From: Adineta vaga
Lineage: Eukaryota; Animalia; Rotifera
Assembly (NCBI GenBank): GCA_021613535.1
Contig: CP075496.1
Span: 5,642,001-5,706,000 of the forward strand
Direction of reading: 5' to 3'
DNA: 64,000 nt
The notes under the pieces were generated by a model, which saw only the letters and a program-made list of their open reading frames with translations, had not been told where the DNA came from and did not search any database. Positions 13,901 through 26,587 of this stretch are shown here, piece after piece. Numbering within the stretch: the stretch's first letter is position 1; the number at the start of each line of letters is the position of its first letter. The translations under genes and the position numbers were made by a program.

Positions 13901-14494
13901 CAAACTTCTGCTTGATAATAACATCGATTTGCATCTAACAAAAGAGATAAAAACAGTTTTTTTTTCAAGAAGGAAAAATTGAAAAGTTCTCTTATCTTAC
14001 GTTCACATCGTGTTCCGTAATACATTGAACTACATGAACATGTATATGTGTTCGAAAATTGTGAAACAGTACATATACCATTATTCATGCATGGATTTGA
14101 TGCACATGGTGATGGTGTCATTGTAATAGCTATTTAATGAAAATTTGTGTATTAAGAATAGATAAAAGTAAAACATTTTTTTAAACAAACATGGTGATGT
14201 TGTTGTTGATATAGTTAATTGATCACATCTTTTCCCACCAACTGGAAGATGAGATGGACATATGCAATAAAAGTCTGTATTGCCAGAAAGTGCAAGGCAT
14301 TGTCCACCATTCACACACGGATTTGGAGAACAAACTAGATACGAATAAATAAATGAGTAGTTTCTTGATTTGATTGTTTCAATTTCTGACAAAAATATAG
14401 ACTATTCAAATGATTACATACTATTTTGCTGTCCAACAACGACAGATGCTATCCCAAAGATAGCGAAAGCAAGTAGCAGAAATTTGTACTTCAT
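10991..14494 (-). CDS. Secreted protein made of ~15-16 tandem EGF-like repeats (many small exons)
   Basis: ATG 14494 with signal peptide [20 protein letters not shown]; repeated C-x-x-x-P-C-x-N-G-G-x-C...C-x-C-x-x-x-Y/F-x-G-x-x-C units; ends ...[10 protein letters not shown] with no TM segment seen. Confidence 0.88.
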
Positions 14495-16666
14495 ATTAGG
14501 ATGTAATCAAATGTAAATTCTATTCAAACACTGCTTATATTCCTACTGAATATACTGAAAGGCAGCAAAGATTAATTATTGACTATTGTTAGAAAGAAAA
14601 ATATACTTTTCTGATGAGAAATAGTCAGATTAGCTTTGTTTTTATTGAAGAATGAATCAAATTTCAAAACATTGACAAAGGTATAAAACAGAAATGCCAA
14701 TCATATTTATCAAAACATTACGATAGTCAATCTTTTTGCAAATAGAAATCCATCGAAGGTGAAAAAGAACAAAAGATAACTCATTATTTATCGTTCCACA
14801 TATCATATATTGAAATAAACAGCTTCGTTGTTCTAATGATCTAGGGCATACGATTAGTACATATACACTGGATCATTAGTTGAGAATAACAATAGATAAA
14901 ACAATCAACGATAAACTTTCACATACGATTTTCTTCGACATATCCTTTATTTATTGATAAAAATTATTTTCTTATAGATATTTATAATAATCACAAATAA
15001 GATCGTGTCATAATCCATCAAAATTTTTAATCAACCTGTCACATAGAAATAAATATTGCTTTTTAATCTTTACACATAAGTCTATGAATAATAACTTTTT
15101 TTCTTTTCTTTTGCTTTTAATTCTTGTCTTTTCAAATCGAACGAACATCAGATATAGTCGACAAAAAAATGTATGAATAACAATCAACAACAACCTTCAA
15201 TATGCTTTCTCATCGCTTTCGTCATTGTCTAGATCATTTTCTCTTTTTTCCACTTGCTGCAATGCATATGCGGCACTCGCATATTAGAGATGTCTATCTC
15301 TTTCTCTCTCGCTCTCTCTCTATATATATATGTGTGTGTGTCTATGTATGTGCACAGGGGGTGTCGACACGTCGTCAGTAAAATGATCGATCGATGTATT
15401 GCTCACCACCGTGTGAGAGTACTGTTCACTTCAGTGATTATAGTTAGTGTGCGCAATGGGTTTACTCGTATATATGTATGCGCTTCTTCTTTTTCTCTTT
15501 GAATCTCAAGAGACTCACAAATATGTGCATTGCAAAAAGAAAAAAGAAAAGAAGTCGAGCAATCCGATCGTGATTTTGTTCTCTCTGGTCACAAATCACT
15601 GACTGTCCTGATGATAGGAGAGAAGAAAAATTGACTCGTGTGCCGACAGGATATGAAAATTAAAATAAAAAAGAATCATCAGAGAATAATACTATTCATG
15701 TCGGTATATTTATTTTATTTTTATTGATTCAAAAAAATGCCCTCATGAGTAGAAAGACATGTTAATGCATATATCAAAAATAGAATTTATTTCCTTTGAA
15801 AATACAAAACGAACTTATCTACCATATTAATTTACTGTCAAATGTCGAACAGAAACTTCATATCACTCGCCGCAGTTATTATCTCTAGGAAACTTTCCTA
15901 ATGACTTGTAAACTATCTTAAGATGATTCTTTATTACTCAATATTCTTAACGATTAACACATACTTAATATCCGCTATCGTTTCGCATCGCTGCGTGATA
16001 TTATCGATATGTTTTTTTTTGTATTCGAATTCTGTATCATAGAAATACATAACAGGAAGAACGAGCTTGATGACACCCTCAAAAAAATGAAGAAAAAATA
16101 AATAGTCGAATTTCTCTTTTTTTCTCTCTTCTTTTTTCGTGTTTCACTCCTACATATACACGTATCAATGTATGAAATAATCTCATTCGTCGTTGATCTC
16201 AAGCAATTTGGATCAATAGGAATTTTTTGCGCATTAGTATTCGAGAATGTTGACCAACACCATGTCAAGAAGCGAGCAAAGGAAGGAAGAGAAAAGAAAA
16301 AAAACGCCTATCTAAATAGAACAACGAACGAGAAGAAGGCACCATAACCCTTTCTGATCAAGCTCATATTTCACAATAAATGCAAGAAAAATCTCTTATT
16401 TCTATATTTTGCTTCGTTTTTTTTTATCTTAGAAGAAGAAGAAGAAGAAGGAAAAGAAAACATGTCTCTATACATATTTTCGGTTCTTTTTTTTGTTTTA
16501 TTTAGATTGATGAATCTATTGAATTAAATCCGACACATCTTGTAAGACGCACTTGGTCATTTAGTCAATTCATTATCATTTTGAAAAAAGAACGAAAAAA
16601 AGAAAGAAAGAAGAAGGAGAACATCTACAGAAGAAAAAAACACATCAATCTCCATCATCATCTATC

Positions 16667-18280
16667 ATGATGAATCGATACCAACACCAACATTTACAAA
16701 CACATAATTCGAGTACAACTCTCCCATCAAGCCATCACTTTCACCTAAGTAGTAGTAGTAGTACAACAACAACTACAACAACTGTTCTTCAAACTCCACT
16801 TGATACTTATTCATCGAACAACAATACAATTGTTGATCTACATCAACCCAATCATTACAATTTACTTGATGATAATTATGTTTATCCTCCACCTTCATCC
16901 TATTGTACAAAACATCATCAGATATATCGATCTCCCACGATTTGTACATTAGATTCTCAACCAACTGTTTATGAAACATATACATCTCCTTCATCAACGA
17001 CAACAAATATTCCAGTAAATACCTATGAACAATTTTGTATTGATAACTCTCAAACATCTCCATCAGCGCCATGGATAACAACAACAAGTGAAAGTTCAAT
17101 ATATCATCCAATCCAATCATTTGATCAATGTAATATTTATTTAAATAATTCTCAATTATCTGAACAAAACTATCGAGATTATTCATCGATTCCATTATCT
17201 AATAATGAAACATCGTCATCTTCTACATCATCGACATCTTCGTTTCATACTCCTATTCAACCACCAGCAACACAACAACATCAATCACAATATCGTCAAC
17301 ATGAACAGTCAACAATTACATCTTTAGATGAAAAACCGATAGCAATTGTTGCCAATGAAGCTAAATATAAATGGATGCAAATCAAACGTACACCAGCCAA
17401 AACAGCCGGTAAATGATTATTTTCGAACATATGTGTTTGAATTTTAATCTTGATAAACAAAAAAAGCGAAGGCACAAAAATTTTCTTCTTTTTCATCTCG
17501 ATAAAAAATCATCTTCTCTCATGCTCGTCCTGAAATGTATTCCATCAGATATAAAGATAAATATTGTTTGTTTTTCCTTCGATACAGGTGTCCAACAAAT
17601 AGACATGAGGAAGATTCGTTTTTTGTTTCTGTTTCTATACTCTTCAATTCATCAGTTACACTATCTAGCAATTGTCTAACATCATGTCACGAAAGATGAT
17701 CGATATAGTCCGAAAGAAGAATCGATCATCTCTTGATTAAAAATGATGCCATTTAGTCGAAAAAGAAGAGAAGATCAAAATAATATCTATCATCAGATGA
17801 ATTTGCGTTTTTCTTCGCTCTCTCTCTTTCTTCAGTGATGTTGTAATATTGACTGATAAGCAAATACATATGTTTATTTGAAGGTAAACCGACTGATTAT
17901 AACTATAATAATGGTACATCACTAATGAATGGTTCATCAGCAAATTCAATGATCAATTCTAATGCAGCAAATGCTGGTCGGACGAATTTTACTAATAAAC
18001 AATTAACTGTAAGATCAAAGAAGATGATTGGTTAACAAAGAATATCATCTGTTTTTTATGCATTTTAGGAATTGGAAAAAGAATTTCATTTTAGTCGTTA
18101 TTTAACTCGAGCAAGACGAATTGAAATTGCAGCTTCACTTCAATTAAATGAAACACAAGTAAAAGTAAGTTGTGTGAGACTACTTTTGTTTGATACAAGT
18201 TCTTATATAAAACTTTTCATTAGATTTGGTTTCAAAATCGACGTATGAAAGCTAAGAAAAAACAACGTGAACGTAATTAA
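16667..18280 (+). CDS. lab: Labial/Hox paralog group 1 homeobox protein; exons 16667-17408, 17884-18008, 18069-18164, 18224-18280
   Basis: Hexapeptide YKWMQIKR; spliced homeodomain [57 protein letters not shown] with PG1-diagnostic [23 protein letters not shown] and LNETQVKIW. Confidence 0.95.
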
Positions 18281-19631
18281 CTACTTCTTTTTTTTTAATC
18301 AAATTTGATGTCTATTTCCACTTTTTTTTGTAGCCGATCTTCTCACATTTGATTCCATGTGAATTTATTCATGTACAAAAAGACAGTATTCTATCATCAT
18401 CATCATCATCATCATCGGTGTGTTGTTGTCTTAAAAATATCTTTTCTTTTTTTGCCTCTCATTCTCTTGTTTGTTGTCATTATGATTGTTGTTGCTGTTG
18501 TTGTTGTTGGTTTCTTTGATAATTGTATTAAAAATCTCTCAGCAAGACTTGTTTAATTCGTTTCGCATCAGTAATCATTCAATTTTCTGTAGTGTTGGAT
18601 ATTCTTGATTGGTTGAAATGCCTCGAGGAGAAAAAGAGAGATGATCAACAAGGTGTGGTAGATCACTCAATAGTTTCGACAAAAACATGTCGATAAGATT
18701 GAATAGGGGATATTGACGAGAAAGACGAAAAAATCACAAGTTTTGAATTGAATTGAATCAACTTGCACGACATCACAACGTTGATTGAAGCGAATATTCT
18801 CATCAAAACATAAGAAAAATGACAAAAGTTAATTCGATTACGTTGGATGATGTCGGCTATGGTTAGTTGATCACGTTTTTTTCTTCTCTTCGATCTTTTG
18901 GGAGAGATCGATTAAACTTATTGTTATTTTATATGTAAATTTCGAAAGAGAAACCGCACAAGGGAATGCATAGAAGCAACAATGTGTGAAATTGAGTGAA
19001 TCGGATGGACAAGCGAAAAGAGAAAAGGGAGGAGAATGAAAAGAAGAAAAAGATCAAACAATATTGTGAGACAAGTCAACAAAACAAAAGGAAGTCAAGA
19101 ATCATCTTTAAACTATTCAGTTAAGATGAACATTAGCAGACATGCTAGCACGGATGTACTTCACTTCCGGATAAGATAACATCAATCAATTCAGAGAAAT
19201 TTCTCAGACCAGAGAATAATAATTTAGACAAGAAAACAACAACTGAGAGATATGAAAATGAATCGTCATTTGAAAAAAGAAGAACGATCATTTAAACGTA
19301 CAATATTTATCGATTCGTAATCTGCATTTGGGGACAGATGGAAAAGGTGTATTTATCTTTAGGGTAAAGATTGAGGTGAAAAGATCATCGCATGATATTG
19401 AATAAACAGTTTATGTTATATTTGCACTGCCTCCGTCTATTAGAAATTTCATTAAAACTATATGTGTAGAAATACTAATAATAATGACATGAGATTTAAA
19501 TATAAACAGACATAATATAATGACCTGCAAAACTTTTATTTAACCGGAATTATCGACCTTATTTGAAGATCATTATCAACTATAACACGATACAGAATTC
19601 AATAAAAGAAAGCTAGATGTTACACTGTAAA

Positions 19632-20226
19632 AACATTGGTGTCTTACCGAACCTTAAAGGTTTTCTATGTGGTTCACGATATCGTTGATAGTTCTGTGAC
19701 ATGTCTACAGAACTATCAGCGGTTTCGCAGTCTGACTTAACTAAATCCTATATTTTCGACTGTTTAGAATCAATGTCAATGGATTTAGTGGAATGGCCGA
19801 CACTCGCCGTCACTCACACCCTCAACAATATTTGTGAGAGTGTGAGGGAACCTTCGAAACAAATCTTTGAAGAATGTGCTATAGAGTGCCTGAATACGGA
19901 GCCTGTAATATATATGATTAAAAAAGAGTGTTTCACTAAACTAAAAAAGGATCGTCCAGTGTTCCGACGGAAAGATCCTTTTTTGGTTCGGTGAAACCCT
20001 CTTTTTTACAGTGTTGTCTTACGTTTATTTGATAAAATTGATGGAAATGCATTACAATTAGATTCAAAATCTGTTCAAGATCTTGATACACTAGAGCATG
20101 ATTTTTGAACTGAAATTCCTGATAGAGATTCAGATCATTTCGTGACATCTCGTCATGTAATTCGATATTTATGTCACAAATATGATATTTATGAACATTT
20201 GGAACCGGTCTCAGCCGGAAAATAAT
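19632..20226 (+). pseudogene. Degraded coding fragment of unknown family
   Basis: The 19701 ORF frame continues as protein-like sequence past in-frame TGA stops (19992, ~20107) to ...SRHVIRYLCHKYDIYEHLEPVSAGK*; no family recognised. Confidence 0.3.
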
Positions 20227-20387
20227 ACATGAAAGAAGCAAAAGCAGCAGTTAAACGAGCACATCATTATTAAAATGAACACTTTCTTTGGTTTTTTTCT
20301 CCCGTATAGATTTTATTCATAAACTATCCTGTTTTCTTTTTCACAAGAAAAAATTTTATTATTTGAAAGAAATTTTTCCAGTTTTAG

Positions 20388-20969
20388 ATGGAACAATCAT
20401 CGGAAAATACTGTACAAAAATAATATGATCTTGCAGCATTGTGGGACAAGCATTGCGAATATGAATTTAGTATACGTGATGTTGCTGCAACTATGGCTTC
20501 AGATCCTTATGTTAATAATATTCCAACAATGACTGGTGGTGTTGGTGTTGAAGAATTGACACGTTTTTATAAACATCATTTTATTAATAGTAATCCAGAA
20601 GATACACAACCTATTCGAATTTCAAGTGTAGATGGTACCGATCGTACAGTCGATGAAATATTGTTCTGTTTTACTCATGATCGTGAAATCGATTGGATGT
20701 TACGTGGTATTGCACCAGGTGGTAAACCTGTAAAAATTCCATTTGTTGCTATCGTTACATTTCGTGATGGTAAACTTTGTCATGGACGTATTTATTGGGA
20801 TCAAGCTTCGGTATTAATACAAATTGGTCTATTGGATGGTACGAACTTACCGATTGCTGGAATTGAAACAGCTAACAAATTACTCGATAAAAATTTTCTG
20901 TCGAATACTTTAATGAAACGTTGTACTGAAAGTGCAAATAGAAGCCAAATAAAAGATCATACATTTTAA
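20388..20969 (+). pseudogene. SnoaL-like ester cyclase / dienelactone-hydrolase C-terminal domain, bacterial/fungal type, intronless, disrupted
   Basis: DLAALWDKHCEYEF..RDV, PYVNNIPTMTGGVG, FTHDREIDWML, IYWDQASVLIQIGLLD motifs; ATG 20388 is followed by in-frame TAA at 20421-20423; conserved HEHIY reads HGRIY and ATMATM is shortened to ATM. Confidence 0.75.
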
Positions 20970-21124
20970 TCAAATCTTTTTCAGGCATCAATCGAATTTA
21001 CTTTTTTTAATTGTTATTTTACAAAAGAACTTATTTATTAAAATCTTTTTATGATAATAAAATCTAATCTAATCTACAGACAAACTTTAGAAGAAAGAAA
21101 AACGAAAGTTCAGATTCAGTTAAT

Positions 21125-22787
21125 TCAATCGATGTTGAATCTTTGAACTCGATGATTGCCATGTTCAACAACATAGAAATTGCCGTATCGATCGAAAGAT
21201 AAACCAACAGGACGATGTAATCGTTTCAATTCATTGCCTGTATTGTTTCCACCAACAACCACATTTCCATGTGTTTCTCCTTTGCGCCATTGCATAACTC
21301 GATGATTCCATTGATCTACCACATAAACCGTGCCGGATTGATCAACGACGACACCTTCGGGATATGATAATTGTCTCGAACTATTCCCTTCACCTTGACC
21401 ACCAGCTACAATTATACCTTCTTTAGCGCCTAATATCCATTCCATCACACGATGATTCTTCCAATCTGATACGTAAATAGAATAATTTTGATCGATGTAT
21501 ATGTATCTTGGTTCATTAAATTGATCAAGACGATCACCTTTTCCATTGACACCAGCTACCACAGTCGTTTGCACATCACCTATTTGCCATCGTTGAATAT
21601 TATTTCGTACTTGATCAGTAACATAGAGAAATCCACGATCATCCATTGTTAATCCTATGTAACCACCATTTGAGAGGAGAATTCGTCCAATTGTACCTTT
21701 ATGCAGATCCCATCGAACTACTCGTTGGTTGCCATAGTCGCAGATGATGATACTATTACTTTTTTCGTCAACAATAACATCAGTTGGGCTATTCAATTGA
21801 TCTAATCGGTCTCCAGCTCCATTTCCACCAGCGACTACTCGACCATTTCTAGCACCATAATCCCATGCAATTATACGATGATTCTGATTATCAGCAATAT
21901 AAATAGTTTGGTTATTATCAACGAATAAACCGTATGGATAGTAGATTTGATTCATTGAATCACCTGCATAATTTCCACCACCTACGATTGTACCTTGTTG
22001 TGACCAAACTGTATCAGCACTAATGAAAGCGCTACGAAGTGGTGCTACAATGAAATAAAAATCCATAATAACTATTGAACTCAAATCAATCTAATTGAAA
22101 CTATACCTCGCTCGATTTTCATGATATTTGTACAAGGACAAGGATATTCCCGTCGTATCATGATGAATGTAAAAATAGATAGAGATAAAATAAATGCAAT
22201 TAAGATCATTTCACGAGTATTCCATGATTTCTTGAAAACTGAAGCCAAACATGAATATCGACAAGACGATTTCTTGGTGTTGTTAGTTAATGTTTCACGT
22301 TCAATATCAACATTTTTTAAATTAGCGGAAAAAAACGAAAGCGATGTTGGATTAATTGTTTCAGGATATGTTTCTGAAATGCTTCAAAAGTTAAAAAGAA
22401 ACATGAATTTATACATTTTGACATACTAGATATTGTAAAAAGATCACTTTTCTCATTGACTTGTTGATGTTCTATAAAGATAAAGATAAATTTGCATTGA
22501 TTTGATATTGTATTTGAAATAAATTTACCTAGAAGTTTTCTTGCAACATCATGACAGCCTATTTTTTTTATTAGTTCAATAAGATAAGAATAATTTTGAT
22601 CAGTAATAATTGCTTTGTTGAAAAGAAATTCGATCAAATAAAATGTTCCAAGTGGTGTAGGATCATCCCATAAATATTTCGGAACATCTTGGACAAGAAG
22701 ATTAGCAAGTTGTTGTCGATCGTCTTTCGAAAGATGATGCATAATTTTGACCAATTCATGTCGAAAAATATATTGTTGGTAATTCAT
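21125..22787 (-). CDS. Death-effector-domain / transmembrane / NHL beta-propeller protein (~496 aa); exons 22787-22529, 22471-22427, 22373-22107, 22044-21125
   Basis: DED-like N-terminus (FRHELVKIMHHLSKDDRQQLANLL...IITDQNYSYLIELIKKIGCHDVARKL), hydrophobic MILIAFILSLSIFTFIMI, six NHL repeats (YYPYGLFVD, LNSPTDVIVD, FNEPRYIYID, LSYPEGVVVD, LHRPVGLSFD); three phase-1 GT-AG introns give one open frame of 1491 nt. Confidence 0.85.
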
Positions 22788-23244
22788 ATTGATGATTTTC
22801 GGTAATCAAACAAATGTATATGCTTTTCTATTAACGTGCATAATTTATATACGAGACATTGATGATTTTATTCCCGCATATAAGAAGACAGAAAATGTTC
22901 ATGTATAAAACATAATAGGTCATGTGACTCATGCAATTGAATAAATCTATAGAACGGGACAAAAAAAATTTCCCATCGTATGTGATGGGATATTTCGAAT
23001 TGGACCTATCTCTCACTTTTTTTTATCGTTTAAAGAAAACAACTATTTCTGACTTTTTGTCATTGTTCAGACATATCGTATTTTGAAGTTTTTCTATGTG
23101 GTCGATCCATTCATTACGTTTGCTTTTTTTTACTATCTAATCCTTCGCCGAATACAAAAAACGAGAGAAAAGTTATTCAATAAGATCATTGTTAATTGTC
23201 TAATTATTTGTGGGAAAGTTTGAAGAAGTTAAGTTGCTGGTTTC

Positions 23245-23324
23245 CACGGGTGCAGAATATGCCCTTCTGCGCCAATGTGCGTTAGGGGAAATTTTTCATC
23301 TTTACGGCAAATTCTGCACCCCTG
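23245..23324. mobile_element. 80-bp MITE-like remnant with hAT-like terminal inverted repeats
   Basis: Left CACGGGTGCAGAATATGCC vs reverse complement of right end CAGGGGTGCAGAATTTGCC (17/19); no clear target-site duplication. Confidence 0.55.
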
Positions 23325-24991
23325 CCTGAACAATACATTGCTGACAGTCAGAGAACGCGTTATATTGCTCATACAGCTATTACCTACACTTTCACTCTCA
23401 TACTGACCCTCGTTCATTATTTTTTGTTCAACGTTTCAAAATAAAGTTTTTCTTGTTCTATTAGCCTTTAATTATTTGTGATCTATCACCAGAAGATTCC
23501 TGATAAGATTAGAATAAATTTCAATTAAGTATAGAATTTTCTTCGCATGACAAGACTATAATAAGAAATATTGGTTCTTTCTATACATTCGATGATAACG
23601 ATTTAAACAAAGTATTGATTAGTTTGTCTTAATTGTGTTTCAAAAACGAATGGTTTTGATAATTTATATGTAATGGAACGTAATGATCTTTTTTTTCTTA
23701 AATAAAAAACGTAATTTCCTTTTGAAATCACACGGCATTTTATTGTTTCTAGTTTAGAACATTTTTTAACCTTTCTATCTATTTATTTTAATTATTATTT
23801 CAATTATCAAATATCTTACAAGTGTGGAATAACAAACGTAAGAATATACCAACAAAAATCAAAGAAACAAGGAAACAAAGTCATCATAAGAATCATGTTT
23901 TTATTGCAGCTATTGTACAATATTTTTCTAAAAGAAATTTTCAATCATTAATAACAATAAAGAAATGATTTACTTTTCATATATAGATTCAATGTCAATG
24001 CTATCAAACTAACTAAGAAGAATAATCAAAAAGAACGTCCGATTATCTACACTGCGTAGATATTGTTCAAAACTACCTCTGTCATTAATTTTACACTAAT
24101 CTTCTTTCAGAAGTCTTTTATGAATCATGTAAAAAAATAGAAGCATAATATAGTAAAATTCTTGTCTTCTATTATTCAACGGAAGATTTCTGTATAATAC
24201 GAGATTAATATGCTTTCTTTTTCAATAATACGATATGATGCTCTGCCTATTCGGAATCTATTTCTAATGAAGAAAACTAATTATATGAGAAACCATGTAT
24301 CTTGTGTATATATACCAAGCAATGCTATTTCCTTAAGCCAAGTCTTTTGAAGACAAAACTATTTGTTTATAATTCTGTTACAGATATATATATATCTGAG
24401 ATGTCGAAATTAAGAAAACAAATAAATCTGAATACCAACTAGTTCAAGATCTTTAAAAGTTTACCTCATCTTCTCATGAAATCATTCGATGGATTCTTCT
24501 TTCCTTGATCAGCATTCTAAATCATACATACGCTAATTATTAAATACATCTATACGAATATGGATGTTTAAGACAAAACAAATCGTTTATTAAAGTATTG
24601 ATTTTTCTACTCAATATACTGTATTATTTTAAAAGATTTAAAATGAACTCACAATATGTACACGTTCATAAATATCATATCAATAATGAATCATCTATAC
24701 TTATACTTTAATCGGAGTCCTTGAAATTTTTCAACTGCATTCTTTTTATCAATGAAAAATTGAGATTTACTAAAATATTCATAATGTAATGTATATACAA
24801 TACCAAAGGATATACTTACGCTTGAATGACTGATGTATCTACGTCATTATCGATATTGTAATCTAATTCAACAAGTTTCGAACAATCATCCAATACCACT
24901 AAAAAATAGATATTAGTTCGATAATCCTCAAGCATTCGTATACCTACATTCATAATTCTGTAGTTTGAACAAGCATTTAATTCTATAAATA

Positions 24992-25256
24992 CCCAGGTCA
25001 AACAATACGGGCCGGTTCTGGTGGGAAAGTGCCGGAAATCGCTGGAACATGAAAGCAGTATTCCGAGCGGAGATTTTCGGATTTTTTTCCGATAAGTTCC
25101 GGTCAGTTCCCACTGGAAAGCACAGGAAATTGATTGGAATTCACGGGAAAAAAAGCCGAAAATTTCCGTTCGTAATACTGCTCCCATGTTCCAGCGATTT
25201 CCGGTGCTTTCCTGTAGGTTCCCGCGGGATCCAGACATCGGAACGTTCGACATGGG
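24992..25256. mobile_element. Palindromic GC-rich MITE flanked by TA
   Basis: Ends TA|CCCAGGTCAAAC ... GTTCGACATGGG|TA; long internal inverted repeat (CCGGAAATCGCTGGAACATG...TTTTCGG vs CCGAAAA...CATGTTCCAGCGATTTCCGG); much higher GC than flanks. Confidence 0.85.
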
Positions 25257-25996
25257 TAGAAATTATCAAATATTTTCCAAACATTAATTAATCTAGATAT
25301 ACTTGAATTCCACGATCAAAATTTCCACCAAGCATAGCTTCTAAATAATCACACAAGATAGCTGTACTTGCAGCGTTCATGATATCTACAAGCAAAAGTA
25401 AATCAAACCAATTCGATAAATGAAAGGAGATAAACTGAAAATGGAATGGGGCAACGCCTCTTATATATCATCGGTTGATATACATATATAATGGAGTCTG
25501 ATAGCAAAGGTCACAATGAATCGTCCAACGATTACGATCTTTATTCATTCAATAAAAGTCAACCTAATAAGTTATGGACAAATTCACTTGCATCATCGTT
25601 AACATTGTTCGTTCGAAAAGATTTGGTTGGTGACGAATATGTGTGAAAGAACAAAAAGAATCAATATTCGTCAAATAATTCGTTTCATTACTCACTATTA
25701 TTGGGATCAATAAAGAATTAAAGATATATAGAGGGTATCAGAACCGAATGAAAATTCTCGCACAGTATAATTTATATTCCATCACAATACCTAAACAAGA
25801 TGATGATGACGAAGTACCTTCTGAAACGACTGAAGCTACAGTCGATGAACCGCGTGTTGAATCAAATGAACAGGATGCTGATAAAGAACCAAATAATGAC
25901 GCAACCAAAGGTATGATGATAATAAAGAAACCCGTTGTGATACTGAATTTTCATTTTTACCTCACAATTTCATAGATGTACAACTCGAAAAGACGT

Positions 25997-26121
25997 TTCG
26001 AGTATTAAACTTTTAAACTTTTAAAATTCAGAAGGGTGTCGGTGAGGGTGTTGGATAAGGTAAAGTGTAAAGTGTGGAGATTGAATAGTTTAAAACTCGA
26101 AGTAGAAGTTTAATACTCGAA
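25997..26121. repeat. Short inverted-repeat element (MITE remnant)
   Basis: TTCGAGTATTAAACTTTTA (25997-26015) vs TAGAAGTTTAATACTCGAA (26103-26121), 18/19 complementary. Confidence 0.55.
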
Positions 26122-26587
26122 TCGAGTTAACGATTTCTACACTACTCTAACAGACTAAAATCTATTCCTTTGAGAATTTGTATTCTTGTACATGTAAATA
26201 TGCATTCTTCAGCGATCACAACAATGATTATCTATCTATTCAAAGAACAAATTGTTCCAATGACTCTACTCATAGTTTTGTTAATAATAAAATAGATTGA
26301 TAATGTAAATTAATTAGATTAATAAGTTACTATAATTCAACAAGATACGTACCGAGTCAATAAGAAATTTGACTTTGTCATTATTTCTGATAGACTTATA
26401 TACTTATCGTTTATCACGTGATAACTGTTTTACAATATTATCTTTTAGAATGGTCGATCTTCACATAATGATAAATACCGATTGATGATCATAATGAAGA
26501 TGACGATGAAGATCCATTTAATTGAAACTTTGGTATCCATTGATCAATTTTCCAGTTTTAAAAAGAAAAAGTAAATCCATCACTATT

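Noticed and set aside
16500-16667. TGATNNAT/AGATTGATG motifs near the labial start resembling Pbx-Hox1 autoregulatory sites
   Set aside because: Such motifs are common at this AT content and no conservation data are available.
19992-20110. In-frame TGAs in the 19701 frame as possible selenocysteine codons
   Set aside because: No redox-motif context, no SECIS-like hairpin seen, and other stops flank the frame; simple decay is more likely.
24816-25291. Three overlapping ORFs (145, 61 and 80 aa)
   Set aside because: They arise mostly from the GC-rich palindromic MITE, not from real genes.
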